The notes beneath the pieces were generated by a model. It did not search any database. It was not told the origin of the DNA and was given only the letters and a program-made list of their open reading frames with translations. Shown here piece by piece: positions 39,780 through 51,575 of a DNA stretch of 64,000 nt. The stretch's first letter is position 1. Every line of letters starts with the position of its first letter. The DNA is from Eledone cirrhosa (taxonomy: Eukaryota). Where the stretch lies: NCBI GenBank assembly GCA_964016885.1, contig OZ024752.1:46934001-46998000 (forward strand), in the 5' to 3' direction. A program made the position numbers and the translations under genes.

Positions 39780-40810
39780 AAAGGTCCCTAGCAATAATTA
39801 ATTTTATTTATTATTTGTGTTTATATATTTATAAGATCCCTGGCCATAATTAATTGTTTTAAAAATATTTGTGCATATTTATAAGATCCCTGGCAATAAT
39901 TAATTGTATTTAAAATATTTGTGCATATTTATAAGATCCCTGGCAATAATTAATTGTATTTAAAATATTTGCGCATATTTATAAGATCCTTGGCAATAAT
40001 TAATTGTATTAAAAATATTTGTGCATATTTATAAGATCCTTAGCAATAATTAATTGTATTAAAAATATTTGTGCATATTTATAAGGTCCCTGGCAATAAT
40101 TAATTGTTTTAAAAATATTTGTGCATATTTATAAGGTCCCTGGCAATAATTAATTGTATTAAAAATATTTGTGCATATTTATAAGATCCCTGGCAATAAT
40201 TAATTGTATTAAAAATATTTGTGCATATTTATGAGGTCCCTGGCAATAATTAATTGTATTAAAAATATTTGTGCATATTTATAAGGTCCCTGGCAATAAT
40301 TAATTGTATTAAAAATATTTGTGCATATTTATAAGATCCTTGGCAATAATTAATTGTATTAAAAATATTTGTGCATATTTATAAGATCCTTGGCAATAAT
40401 TAATTGTATTAAAAATATTTGTGCATATTTATAAGATCCTTAGCAATAATTAATTGTATTAAAAATATTTGTGCATATTTATAAGGTCCCTGGCAATAAT
40501 TAATTGTTTTAAAAATATTTGTGCATATTTATAAGGTCCCTGGCAATAATTAATTGTATTAAAAATATTTGTGCATATTTATAAGATCCCTGGCAATAAT
40601 TAATTGTATTAAAAATATTTGTGCATATTTATAAGATCCCTGGCAATAATTAATTGTATTAAAAATATTTGTGCATATTTATGAGGTCCCTGGCAATAAT
40701 TAATTGTATTAAAAATATTTGTGCATATTTATGAGGTCCCTGGCAATAATTAATTGTATTTAAAATATGCATATTTATAAGATCCTTAGCAATAATTAAT
40801 TGTATTTATT
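39780..40810. repeat. 50-bp AT-rich tandem array (~20 units) just upstream of glycogen phosphorylase
   Basis: Unit tggcaataattaattgtattaaaaatatttgtgcatatttataagatccc; older diverged units from ~39400. Confidence 0.95.
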
Positions 40811-41160
40811 ATTAAGTATTCATTAAATATTGTATTGTATATATCTTTAAAAAATGATGTGAGAGATGAATTGGTTGTAGTGAGTGAGATACAGAAAGAA
40901 AGATAGATAGAAAGAAAATATTAGTGAAGATTATACTACAATTCCTTTGCTAACATCACCTTTTATGTCGTGTGATTACGTATGTTGCTAGAAATACTAC
41001 AGTGAAAGAGATCAGCAGCAGGAACAACAACAACCATCACCGGAGGTTACGTCCTTGAGAATCGTAGTTGAAGGACGCATTGATTGTCAGGGACAACTCT
41101 CCTTTAATTTGAGCTTTTCGACATCTTCATTAAAACTCTCTCACTCACCAATTTACAACC

Positions 41161-41406
41161 ATGTCGTGCATACCGCAGACGGATTCAGATCTTCGCAAGC
41201 AAATTACTATCCGTGGTATTCCTCAGGTTGGTGATGTGGCTGGGATAAAGAAGAGTTTTAACAGACATTTGCATTTTACTTTGGTGAAGGACAGAAATGT
41301 CGCGACTCAAAGAGATTATTTCTTCGCCTTGGCACACACAATCAAAGACCATTTGGTTGGCCGCTGGATTAGAACCCAACAATATTATTATGAAAAAGAT
41401 CCCAAG
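41161..41406 (+). CDS. PYG: Glycogen phosphorylase, coding exon 1
   Basis: caaccATG with in-frame upstream TAA at 41131; [20 protein letters not shown]...[17 protein letters not shown]...[15 protein letters not shown]|gtacgt; 246 nt. Confidence 0.97.
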
Positions 41407-43558
41407 GTACGTTTCAATTTTGATAATCTTTGAAAAAAAAAAATATATATTTTGATAGTCCGACATATCTTCTTGAAGTAGATACCTGTTTGTCACCTCG
41501 AAGAATACGTCTTCCACTATTTCCTATAACATTAGACAGTGAAATCATGTTATTATAGATATATATATATTAACGAACTCAGGGCTAATATTTCATTGTT
41601 GGAGGTTGCAATATTGAATAGATTAAGTTCCTTAATAACTTGTTGCATTTCTCCATTTGTTTTAGTTTGTCATCCGTTCAAATTCGAATGCATTCAATAA
41701 ATATCTACGATATGCAATAATTTATATTAATATATTTTGTTGGTGGTTTGCAATCGCTTTATTTAAGTAAAATAAACTAAAAAACAAAACGAAACAAAAC
41801 ACACAACCAAAAATCTTCTAGATGCAAGGATGCTATTTCAGGATAACAAGATGATGATGATGATGACATCTGTTGCTACACTTCAAATCTAGAAGAATTA
41901 TATTTATTGTATAAATCCCATTAATGTATAAATAAATTAAAAGATTTTTTTTTTTTTTTAATGTAATTTTAACCCAAGTATATTTATTAAAACAACGTAT
42001 AAATAAAATGTAGCCCGAGTTTGAAAGGTATTCACATACAAACAACATATCAAATGGACAATAACAATTTGCTTAAATTAAAATGCATGAAGCGTCTTTC
42101 AAACTGGTAGATAAATATTTGTTGTATTTTAGTTTAGATTTATTCCAATTTTGTTGCTTTCACGATAAAACGATGACATTTATATAGAATAGCTACAGTT
42201 AATGATATAACTGGTTTTATAGCTGAGAGAGAAAATGTGATATTGCTTAAATAAATTTCGTAATTTTCGATTTCATAATACTAACATTTTCTATCATTTT
42301 TGTTATATAATTTTACTAACTGCAGACGACTAATGTTTATAATATATATTTATATATATTATATTTATATATTAATATTGTCCGTCCTCTTGACATTCAT
42401 TTTAAGCAAATAAAGATTGCTTTACTTGTTTCGATCTTATTTCTTATGTCTGCATTTAACGCCTATTTTTCATATCAAAATTGATTTGCCTCACTGTATC
42501 TCATCGATAGCTTTATTAATGCATCTGTATCGATTTTGACAGGTTACAGTATTATCATCATTTGTTTTATTTTTAACAACTGAATTATCACTTATCTTCA
42601 GTTATTTGTGAAAATATTTCTATAAAGATTTAAAACTAAAAATGCAAAAAACCTCAACAAAACTTCAAGAATATCAAAATGTCTAAAGTAGACGGTTTTG
42701 AGTTGACACCGGTTTTAGAAGTGTTAATACTATAATATTTATCTAATATACATATTACGAAAGTATTAGTTATATTAGCGAGATAATACCGCAATACTGA
42801 TCTAGTAATAAATAGTTATATTGTTGATTTAACCCACTACGGTTGTTGTTACGGCTAACCATATTGTTTAATTACGTAAGGGACCATAATTAATTCTTTC
42901 TACTTTTGGCACAAGACCAGCAATTACCCCAGTGCATTACTGGTACTTTATTTTATCGACCCCCGTAAGGATGAAAGGCAAAGTCAACCTCGGCGACCAT
43001 AATTAATGGCTACAAATATTGACAGTTCTCTTTGGCCTATTGAAACATCTTTCATGTTTATCAATCATCGACAATTACAAAAATAAATAAAAATAAAGAT
43101 TGATCATATCTTATCGATACAATTAAACCACGACGATTCATACTGGGCTCTGATCAAACTTTTATTTCAAATGTTTGTTTATCTTGTTTTAAATGTTAAA
43201 AGCTTAAAAAGGAGCCGTGGCCGTAATGATGTGGTTCCTACATAATTTAGACTTTGGTATTTTGGTTACTAGAAAATAGATAGAGGAGCGAGTGTGAATT
43301 TCCAAGTGGGAAAGCGTTATGGAAAGGAACGATTGGTTGTGAAGAATTGGTATGATGTCCCGGAGAAGGAAAACGACTGGGGTGACTAGATGGGAGCGAG
43401 GTGCGTTTAAGGAAATATTAGAAGAGATAGCAGTGCTATTCGTTGCAGTGTCGGGGGTTTGAAGGTTGTTGTTAACCACACACATACATGTATGTGGATA
43501 TATATATATGTATATATGTATATATAAGTAGATGTATATATATTTATGTATATAAATA

Positions 43559-43591
<33 letters not shown>

Positions 43592-44010
43592 ATATATATA
43601 TTGTTATATATATATATATGTATATATAAGTAGATATATATATATATATGTATATATATAAGTAGATATATATATATATATATGTATATATATAAGTAGA
43701 TAGATATATATGTATATATATAAGTAGATAGATATATATGTATATATATAAGTATATATATATATATATGTATATATAAGTAGATATATATATATATGTA
43801 TATATAAGTAGATATATATATATATGTATATATAAGTAGATATATATATATATATGTATATATAAGTAGATATATATATATGTATATATAAGTAGATATA
43901 TATATAAGTAGATATATATATATGTATATATAAGTAGATATGTAGCTATATATATATATCTATATAGATAGATAAATATACACGGGTGTGTATGATTGTG
44001 TATAGAAGAT

Positions 44011-44401
44011 TATATTAATAAGAGGAATTCCAACTTTGTCTGATTTACTCGTTTTATTTACAATCCTTTAAAATATATAATGGTATTATAATGAAATAGT
44101 ATGATAGAATATTAAATGCTAAGTGTTAATTGAACAAGTACTTTCATGCTTTCGCAATCTTCAGGTTCATAATATGTGGTGACAGTCAAGTTTGCAATTT
44201 TCAACTATTGAAAATTGCAAACTTGACTGTCACCACATATTATGAACCTGAAGATTGCGAAAGCATGAAAGTACTTGTTCAATTAACACTTAGCATTTAA
44301 TATTCTATCATACTATTTCATTATAATACCATTATATATTTTAAAGGATTGTAAATAAAACGAGTAAATCAGACAAAGTTGGAATTCCTCTTATTAATAT
44401 A
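44011..44401. repeat. Fold-back palindrome, 194-bp arms, 3-nt loop (Penelope-like inverted terminal fragment)
   Basis: 44011-44204 is the reverse complement of 44208-44401, no mismatch seen by eye; flanked by (TA)n-rich satellite. Confidence 0.95.
44243..44281 (+). ncRNA. Ultra-minimal hammerhead motif (family E); mirror copy on - strand at 44131-44169
   Basis: tgaac-CTGAAGA-t tgc GAAA gca t-GAAA-gtac-TT-gttca; palindromic GTAC loop III. Confidence 0.7.
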
Positions 44402-44518
44402 TATATATATATATATATGTATATCTACTTATATATATGTATATCTACTTATATATATGTATATCTACTTATATATATGTATATCTACTTATATATATGT
44501 ATATATATGTATATATAA

Positions 44519-44611
<93 letters not shown>

Positions 44612-44879
44612 AGTGTATATATATGTATATATAAGTGTATATATATGTATATATAAGTGTATATATATGTATATATAAGTGTATATATATATATATATAA
44701 GTGTATATATATGTATATATAAGTGTATATATATATATATATAAGTGTATATATATATATATATATAAGTGTATATATATGTATATATAAGTGTATATAT
44801 ATATATATATAAGTGTATATATATGTATATATAAGTGTATATATATATATATATATAAGTGTATATATATGTATATATA

Positions 44880-44915
<36 letters not shown>

Positions 44916-44954
44916 AGTAGGTATGTATATATAAGTAGATATGTATATATAAGT

Positions 44955-44985
<31 letters not shown>

Positions 44986-45131
44986 CTTATATATACATAT
45001 GTATATATAAGTAGATATATATATATACTTATATATACATATGTATATATAAGTAGATATATATATATACTTTTATATATATATATATATATATATATAC
45101 TTTTATATATATATATATATATATATATACT

Positions 45132-45165
<34 letters not shown>

Positions 45166-45221
45166 TACTTATATATACATATGTATATATAAGTATATAT
45201 ATATATATATATGAGAGAGAT

Positions 45222-46400
45222 AGTCGGCTGAAAAGTTCATAGGCTTACCAAGACACTTCTGCCGGTGGTGCTGCAGTTGGTGCTGCAGTTGGTGCTGCAG
45301 TTGGTGCTGCAGTGTACTTGGGTCTCACTGGTAAAGCAGCTTTCATCCTGTTAGTAAAAAAATGTCATCAACAGTAGATATGCCGCTTTACAGGTTCCCA
45401 ACCAAGGGATTTTTCATCTGATCTGATAGTGAGATGGGGCCAAATGAGGAGAAATAGGGAGGGTGATCAACCAGTTCAAAGCCACAGTCATGGACAGCAG
45501 GCATTGAAACCAAGGACTTATGTGAGGGAGCATTGTCCTGATGAAGCAAGACCCTTTTCCTCAGTTGGTCTTCATAGCCTTTCGTGACTGCCTCAGCTAG
45601 TTGGCACAGTAACCTCCATTGATGGCGTGGCCCCTTTTTGAAGATAGTCAATAAACAGAATGCCTTTTGCATCCCTCAAAACTGAGGCCATCACATTGCC
45701 TGCAGATGAAACGACCTTGACCTTCTTTGGAGCAGGTGAGGAGGGCTGGTTCCCATTGCATGAATTGTCTCTTTGTTTCTGGTTCAAAGTGACGAACCCA
45801 ACGCTTATGCTGAGTTAAGAAAGGTCAAAGGAAACTAGCTGGATCTACTTCAAACAATGTCAGATTTTCCCACGATATGATCAGCCTGGTGCACTTCTGA
45901 TCAGGTGTCAGAAAACGTGGCACCCACTGAGCAGAAACTTTCGTCATGCCAAGTTCTGTGTGCAAAATGTTCTCAACTCTCTCACAGGATATGCTAATAC
46001 CATTGGCTATTTGATTTATAGTTAATCGCCTGTCATCCATCACCGTGTGTTGAACACGATCAATGTTTTCCTCGGTGGAGGCAGCTGCAAGACGTCCAGA
46101 CTTTGGGTCATCTTCAAGACTCTCCCTTTCCCTAATAAATTCAGCTGTAATATAGCAACCATGTCAGCATGAATGTCTTTGGGGGCTAAACCCCTTTTTC
46201 TGCAGGCGCTTGATAACATCACGATGCCAAATTTTGTCTATTTTCAAGAAATGTCGCTACTAGTTACTTTTGAAGTCTTCTTTGAACAGTCAGATGTCAG
46301 TTTAACTGGACAGAAAACAATGCAGTTATTAATAAGAAGAATTTACAGCTTTAACATCACTCCTTCATAATCAGCCTATGAACTTTTCAGCCCACTCGTG
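45222..46400 (-). mobile_element. Near full-length degraded mariner; transposase pseudogene
   Basis: TIRs ggctgaaaagttcataggct / agcctatgaacttttcagcc; WVPRFLT, SAGNVMASV..DAKGILFIDYL, LHQDNAPSH and HPPY motifs spread over several frames. Confidence 0.92.
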
Positions 46401-47091
46401 TATATATATATATGATTTCTTTTGAATGAAACAGTTCTAGTCCTGTAGAAGCCATCCCTATATTAAACTTGATATATATAGATAAATAATATATATATAT
46501 ATATTATTTATCTATATATATAAATATATATAGATAAATAATATATATATATATACACACAGGGTGTCCCCTCAAAAATGTATATACACTTTGATTACCT
46601 GTACAGGCAATATTTATTAGAATATTTATTAGAATGATTATGATATATATATATATATAATATATATATATATATATGCGTGTTTGTATACACACACGCA
46701 TAATATATATATATATATACATACACACACACACACACACTGTCTGCAGTCCAATACGTGAACAGTATTTGACACCCATTCCTCATTTCCTTTTCAAAGC
46801 AGACGTACCTAACCTAACTAACTTTTCCATTGTCAGTTAGTTGATAATGTCTGTACGGTATATTTGTTTTCTCTGTAAATAGTAACCCAATAAGCTACTA
46901 GCTGGAACAAACCCACTGCTGAAATTCTTGACTCTTCTCTCTACATAAACTGCTTCAAATAGAATAAAACTAATTGCCTGTGTTGAACACAGGTGATCTT
47001 TGTCAAGTCATTACATTATGTGACAGATAAATATACCTTAGCTGTAAAATGTTTTAAAACAAGTGTTTTTAGGCCTCATATCATGTTACCT

Positions 47092-47161
47092 TATTTTATC
47101 TGATGAGAACACAATTTTTGTCCCAGGATGATGTTGTTTTCGAAATGCGCATAATAAAATA
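47092..47161 (+). ncRNA. Minimal type I hammerhead ribozyme motif (family A), sense strand of phosphorylase intron 1
   Basis: Stem I tattttat/ataaaata (8 bp, perfect); CTGATGA 47100-47106; stem II closed by G-C; GAAA 47142-47145; stem III A-T, T-A with palindromic GCGC loop; AUA triplet. Confidence 0.85.
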
Positions 47162-47194
47162 TATGGAACTTTTTTAACCATCTTTTAATTTCTT

Positions 47195-47237
<43 letters not shown>

Positions 47238-47289
47238 TGTTATAGAATACTATTAGCTTCTCGCTAAAACAATTTCTATACCTTTCATT

Positions 47290-47320
<31 letters not shown>

Positions 47321-47790
47321 GTGAACAACACAAAATATAACGTCTGCATCGGTCGTCAGGTAGAGATGTTACGATCCAGACGTCTATATTATTATCGTCT
47401 GTGATCCAGAAACCTTTGGTAATGGAGTAGTTATAGTTTGTATTGCTCACTTTCTAATTAAATAGCTCTGTTCTATACATAGAGCACTCTTTTTTCCTTT
47501 GCTTTTCTTTTGGAATTACGTAACACACACACATACACACACACACATATATAATCATGGAAGGTTCCAGTTTGAAGTTACACTTCTTGTAAAATTACTG
47601 GCCTTGTGCTTCTAGCAGAAATCGTTATTAATACTTTCAACAAAGAATTCTTTCCACTAGTAAAACGTTGTACGACAATCTGTGAGCAAACGTTTTGCGT
47701 TCAAATTCCGCCGAGGTTAACTTTGCCTTTCATCTTTACGGGGTCGATAATGCACTGGGGTAATTGCTGGCCTTGTGCCAAAAGTAGAAA

Positions 47791-47823
<33 letters not shown>

Positions 47824-48620
47824 CAATCCACTATTTAATCGATACTGAAATATTTCGAAATGTACGCCGTATAACTTATCGTTTATTGCTGTATATTGTT
47901 GGAATTGATTTAGACAAGAAGTGAAGCAAATTATTTGATCACTAAAGGAAATACCATTTCGCTTCCTCATTGCTTCTAATATAGGAATTATAGAGGGTCG
48001 GACGCCATGCTTTGACGCATAGAGTTATGTCCCTTTACTTTCTGATTTCAAATTCCGCCGATGTTAGCTTTGCATTTCATCCTTACGGGGTCGATGAAAT
48101 AAAGTACCAGTAATGCACCGGGTAATTGCTGGCCTTGTGCCAAAAGTCTAAAACAATTATTATTATTATGCCTGGTTTGGCAGTATCGGTAGAGCGTCAG
48201 ACACCATGCTTTGCAGCATAGAGTTATGTCCCTTTACTTTCTGATTTCAAATCCCGCCGATGTTAGCTTTGCATTTCATCCTTACGGGGTCGATAAAATA
48301 AAGTACCGGTAATGCACTTGGTTATACAATATACGTTTATATAAGATACTGAAAAGACAAAAAAATAATTGCCAGTATATAATTTTTGATCACCTTTGTG
48401 ATTGCTATGAAAAGAGTTTGGGGAACTCAAGTTATAAACTGTACTATTGATTCATTTACTAAAGTGCTGGTGACATAAATAAGTCATTGGAATAGAAAAC
48501 CTCTATTAGCTGGTTGTATTATTTACACCTCTGTTAGATAGGTTGAAAAGTTGTTTCTGGTATGGCTGTGTTGTAGTACTGGCCTTAATAATTATATAAA
48601 TAAATATATATATATTTCAA

Positions 48621-49210
48621 ATGCAGGAGGGCGCTATAGAAGTGGTGGATAGCTTCCAGTACCTAGGTGATCAGATTAGCATGGGAGGAGGGTGTTCCGA
48701 GGCCATAGTATCTAGAATAAGGACGGGTTGGAAGAAGTTTAGGGAGCTGCTTCCTCTGCTGACGAAGAAGGGTTTCTCCCTGCTGACGAAAGGCCGGTTG
48801 TATGGTGCCTGTGTGAGGAGCGCGATGCTGCATGGTAGTGAGACATGGGCAGCAACTGCAGAGTAATGTGCGTGAACGACCCGGCATGAATGTGTTGAGA
48901 GAGAAACTGTGTCTTAGAGGGATAGAATGTAGTGTACGGGAGAGGAGACTGAGGTGGTATGGACATGTGATGCGCATGGAGGATGACCGATGGGTGAAGA
49001 AGTGCCAGGAAATGACAGTTGAAGGAAGACGTGGTAGAGGTAGACCACGAAAAACATGGGCGGAGGTGGTGAGAACAGACCTCAGATCATTGAAGCTCAC
49101 GGTAGAGATGACGAAGGACCGTGACGAGTGGAGAGATGCTGTGCTGAATAAGACCCGTCCCACCCTTGCAAGCAGGGAAAAGCGGACGTAAATTGATGAT
49201 GATGATGATG
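48621..49210 (+). mobile_element. RTE LINE 3' fragment; another at ~15710-16130
   Basis: VDSFQYLGD...RIRTGWKKFREL...LHGSETW; RRLRWYGHVMRM...GRGRPRKTW; (GAT)n tail. Confidence 0.9.
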
Positions 49211-50369
49211 ATACAAGGTTTCCCCCCAAAATGTATACGCATTTATTAGAATCCTGTTGAAGCATGTATACATTTATATATATATATAAGTTCAAAATTA
49301 GGATAAGTAAGTGAGATAAAAAAATATATCTACTTTAAAGTAAACTCGTTGAGCAAAAATTATAATTGATGGATAATTCTTTGTATGTATATGTATGTCT
49401 TTTTATATATAGATATATATACTTGTTTATCTTTCATAATTATATATATATATATATAATTATTAAGTCCAGTACTACAATATATATAAGGCGGTGAATT
49501 TGCAGAGTCGTTAGAATGTCAGATAGAATGCTTTGCAGTATTTGTTCCACTTGCTGAGGTCAACAAAAACAAATCTAGTTAAATCTAGTACTGGGGTTGA
49601 TTCTTCCTCTATCTCTGTTTCTCATTTCCTCTCTTCGTTGCTTGTCATCCAGCATCTCATATGCTAATGGAAGCTTTGACATTAAATGAACTGCATTCAA
49701 AACACCTTTCAGTGCCAACTGAAATTACTGGCAATCTGCGTCCAAGTGCTGTGACAATGTGTTCTTCTTCTCGAATAACATTATAAAAGCCATCATTCTT
49801 TCTTTATTGGTTTGGGCTCGGGACTTTCTCAGACTTCAACATCCCACAGATTTCATTCTGAAGGAAATAGAGCTATGTGGTATTGATCTTTTACATATAT
49901 TGTTTATATGAATGATCTCTAACCTTTTCTCATGATATGAACCAATAAACTTGATTATAGAAAGAATATAAATGTACATGTTTTATTTTTCCTTATGCTG
50001 AGGTTAACCATAGAAGATTCTGACCACTCCATTTGAGAATCTCTATAAGCAATCTGCAATATATAGCTTACAGATACCTGTTGGTTCCAAGCAACTCTTC
50101 CTATTTATTTCCAAGGCATAGTAATCATATCTGCTCCTGTTTCTTATCCTTTTGCATATCAGTTCCATTTATAGTTACTTCCCTTCGTTGATCCTTAAAT
50201 ATCAATGAATCTGGGAACAACTACTTGTTTGTGGACTCGTGGCCTTTCCAATTCAACAAAGGATTCTCAGCTGTACTATAGAGTTCGTTGAATTAGTTGA
50301 TAGGGCAGATTACTGGGATAAAAGTTACCTGCTGGCTTCTTCATTGATTTAGGGCAACATCGTATCAAC

Positions 50370-50900
50370 TATGTTGGTGTGGTAATCTCATTGATAGAAG
50401 CTGTATACTCGGTTTGTTTTGAAAATTCAACGATGGTAATTTTCCTTGTCAGTGTTTGTGTTAATGCGCCATCAATTCTTGAAACTTCAAACTCGAGTGA
50501 CTGGACATCCACATGGCAGAGGCCAAGCTGGTTCCAAGTCGTATAGGCCACTTTGTATTCCTCAATCACAGTAGGTCCCGTTGTGTTGAGGAGAACCTTG
50601 TTGATGGGGATATGGTAAGAGGTCACCGATGAAAGAAATGCCACACAAAGTCAGCGAGACTGGAGATTGTGGCCACCATATCTGACCGCTACGGTTGCCT
50701 GTTGCCATCTGGTGTCATCAAACTGGACAAGGCATATCTCCTCAGCAGCCAGTTTGATACAGGTGTTGAGATCCGCGCAGAGAGATGTGTCTGTAACTGG
50801 GAGTACTGCAGAAGTATAGATGCTTTGGCATGGGGAAGCAGTTCCTCAACAGGAAGAGAACCGAATGTACAAAAAAGTTGTATTACCAAATCCCCCCCCC
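50370..50900 (-). mobile_element. Highly degraded CRE-like non-LTR retrotransposon fragment
   Basis: Minus-strand translation WQQATVAVRYGG...AFLSS resembles the W.QA.LP...GGLG...AFLSS motif. Confidence 0.5.
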
Positions 50901-51377
50901 TCCCAAATTCATTATTTTTTGAAAATCATAGGCAGTGTCTTCCATTAGAAATATGGTAATGAAAGGGCTCGAAATTAATGTATGGCTACCATAAATAATG
51001 TATTGTACCTAGATGAAATTTTTAGCCAGAGGCCCTATGCAAGCTTATTCAACTCCTGCCCAAAGTGTTGCTGCTGGACCTAACTCGACAAAGTCAAGTA
51101 TACTTTGTTAAATGTTATGAAAACAGCATCTCCTCCCTCCCCTATTGTTAGTGTGTCCTTGACCTTGATGTTGTGTCTTTCCTTGACACTCCTTGTATAC
51201 AAGCTAGAGGTTACTGACATTTTTCCTCTTACCAAGATCCAAATATTTCTTGTATAGAAAAGCCACTGCAACAAAAGTATACGCAACCATTAAGTATAAT
51301 GCATGTGACCACGACTCGAAATAAAACGAAAATATCTCGTAAGAATCACTCAATTTACGCACGAACGTATGCACGCA

Positions 51378-51575
<198 letters not shown>

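Larger units (their letters stand above)
43485..45215. repeat. (TA)n-derived satellite (tatataagtagatatata / tatataagtg variants) surrounding the 44.2-kb palindrome
   Basis: Direct inspection. Confidence 0.9.
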
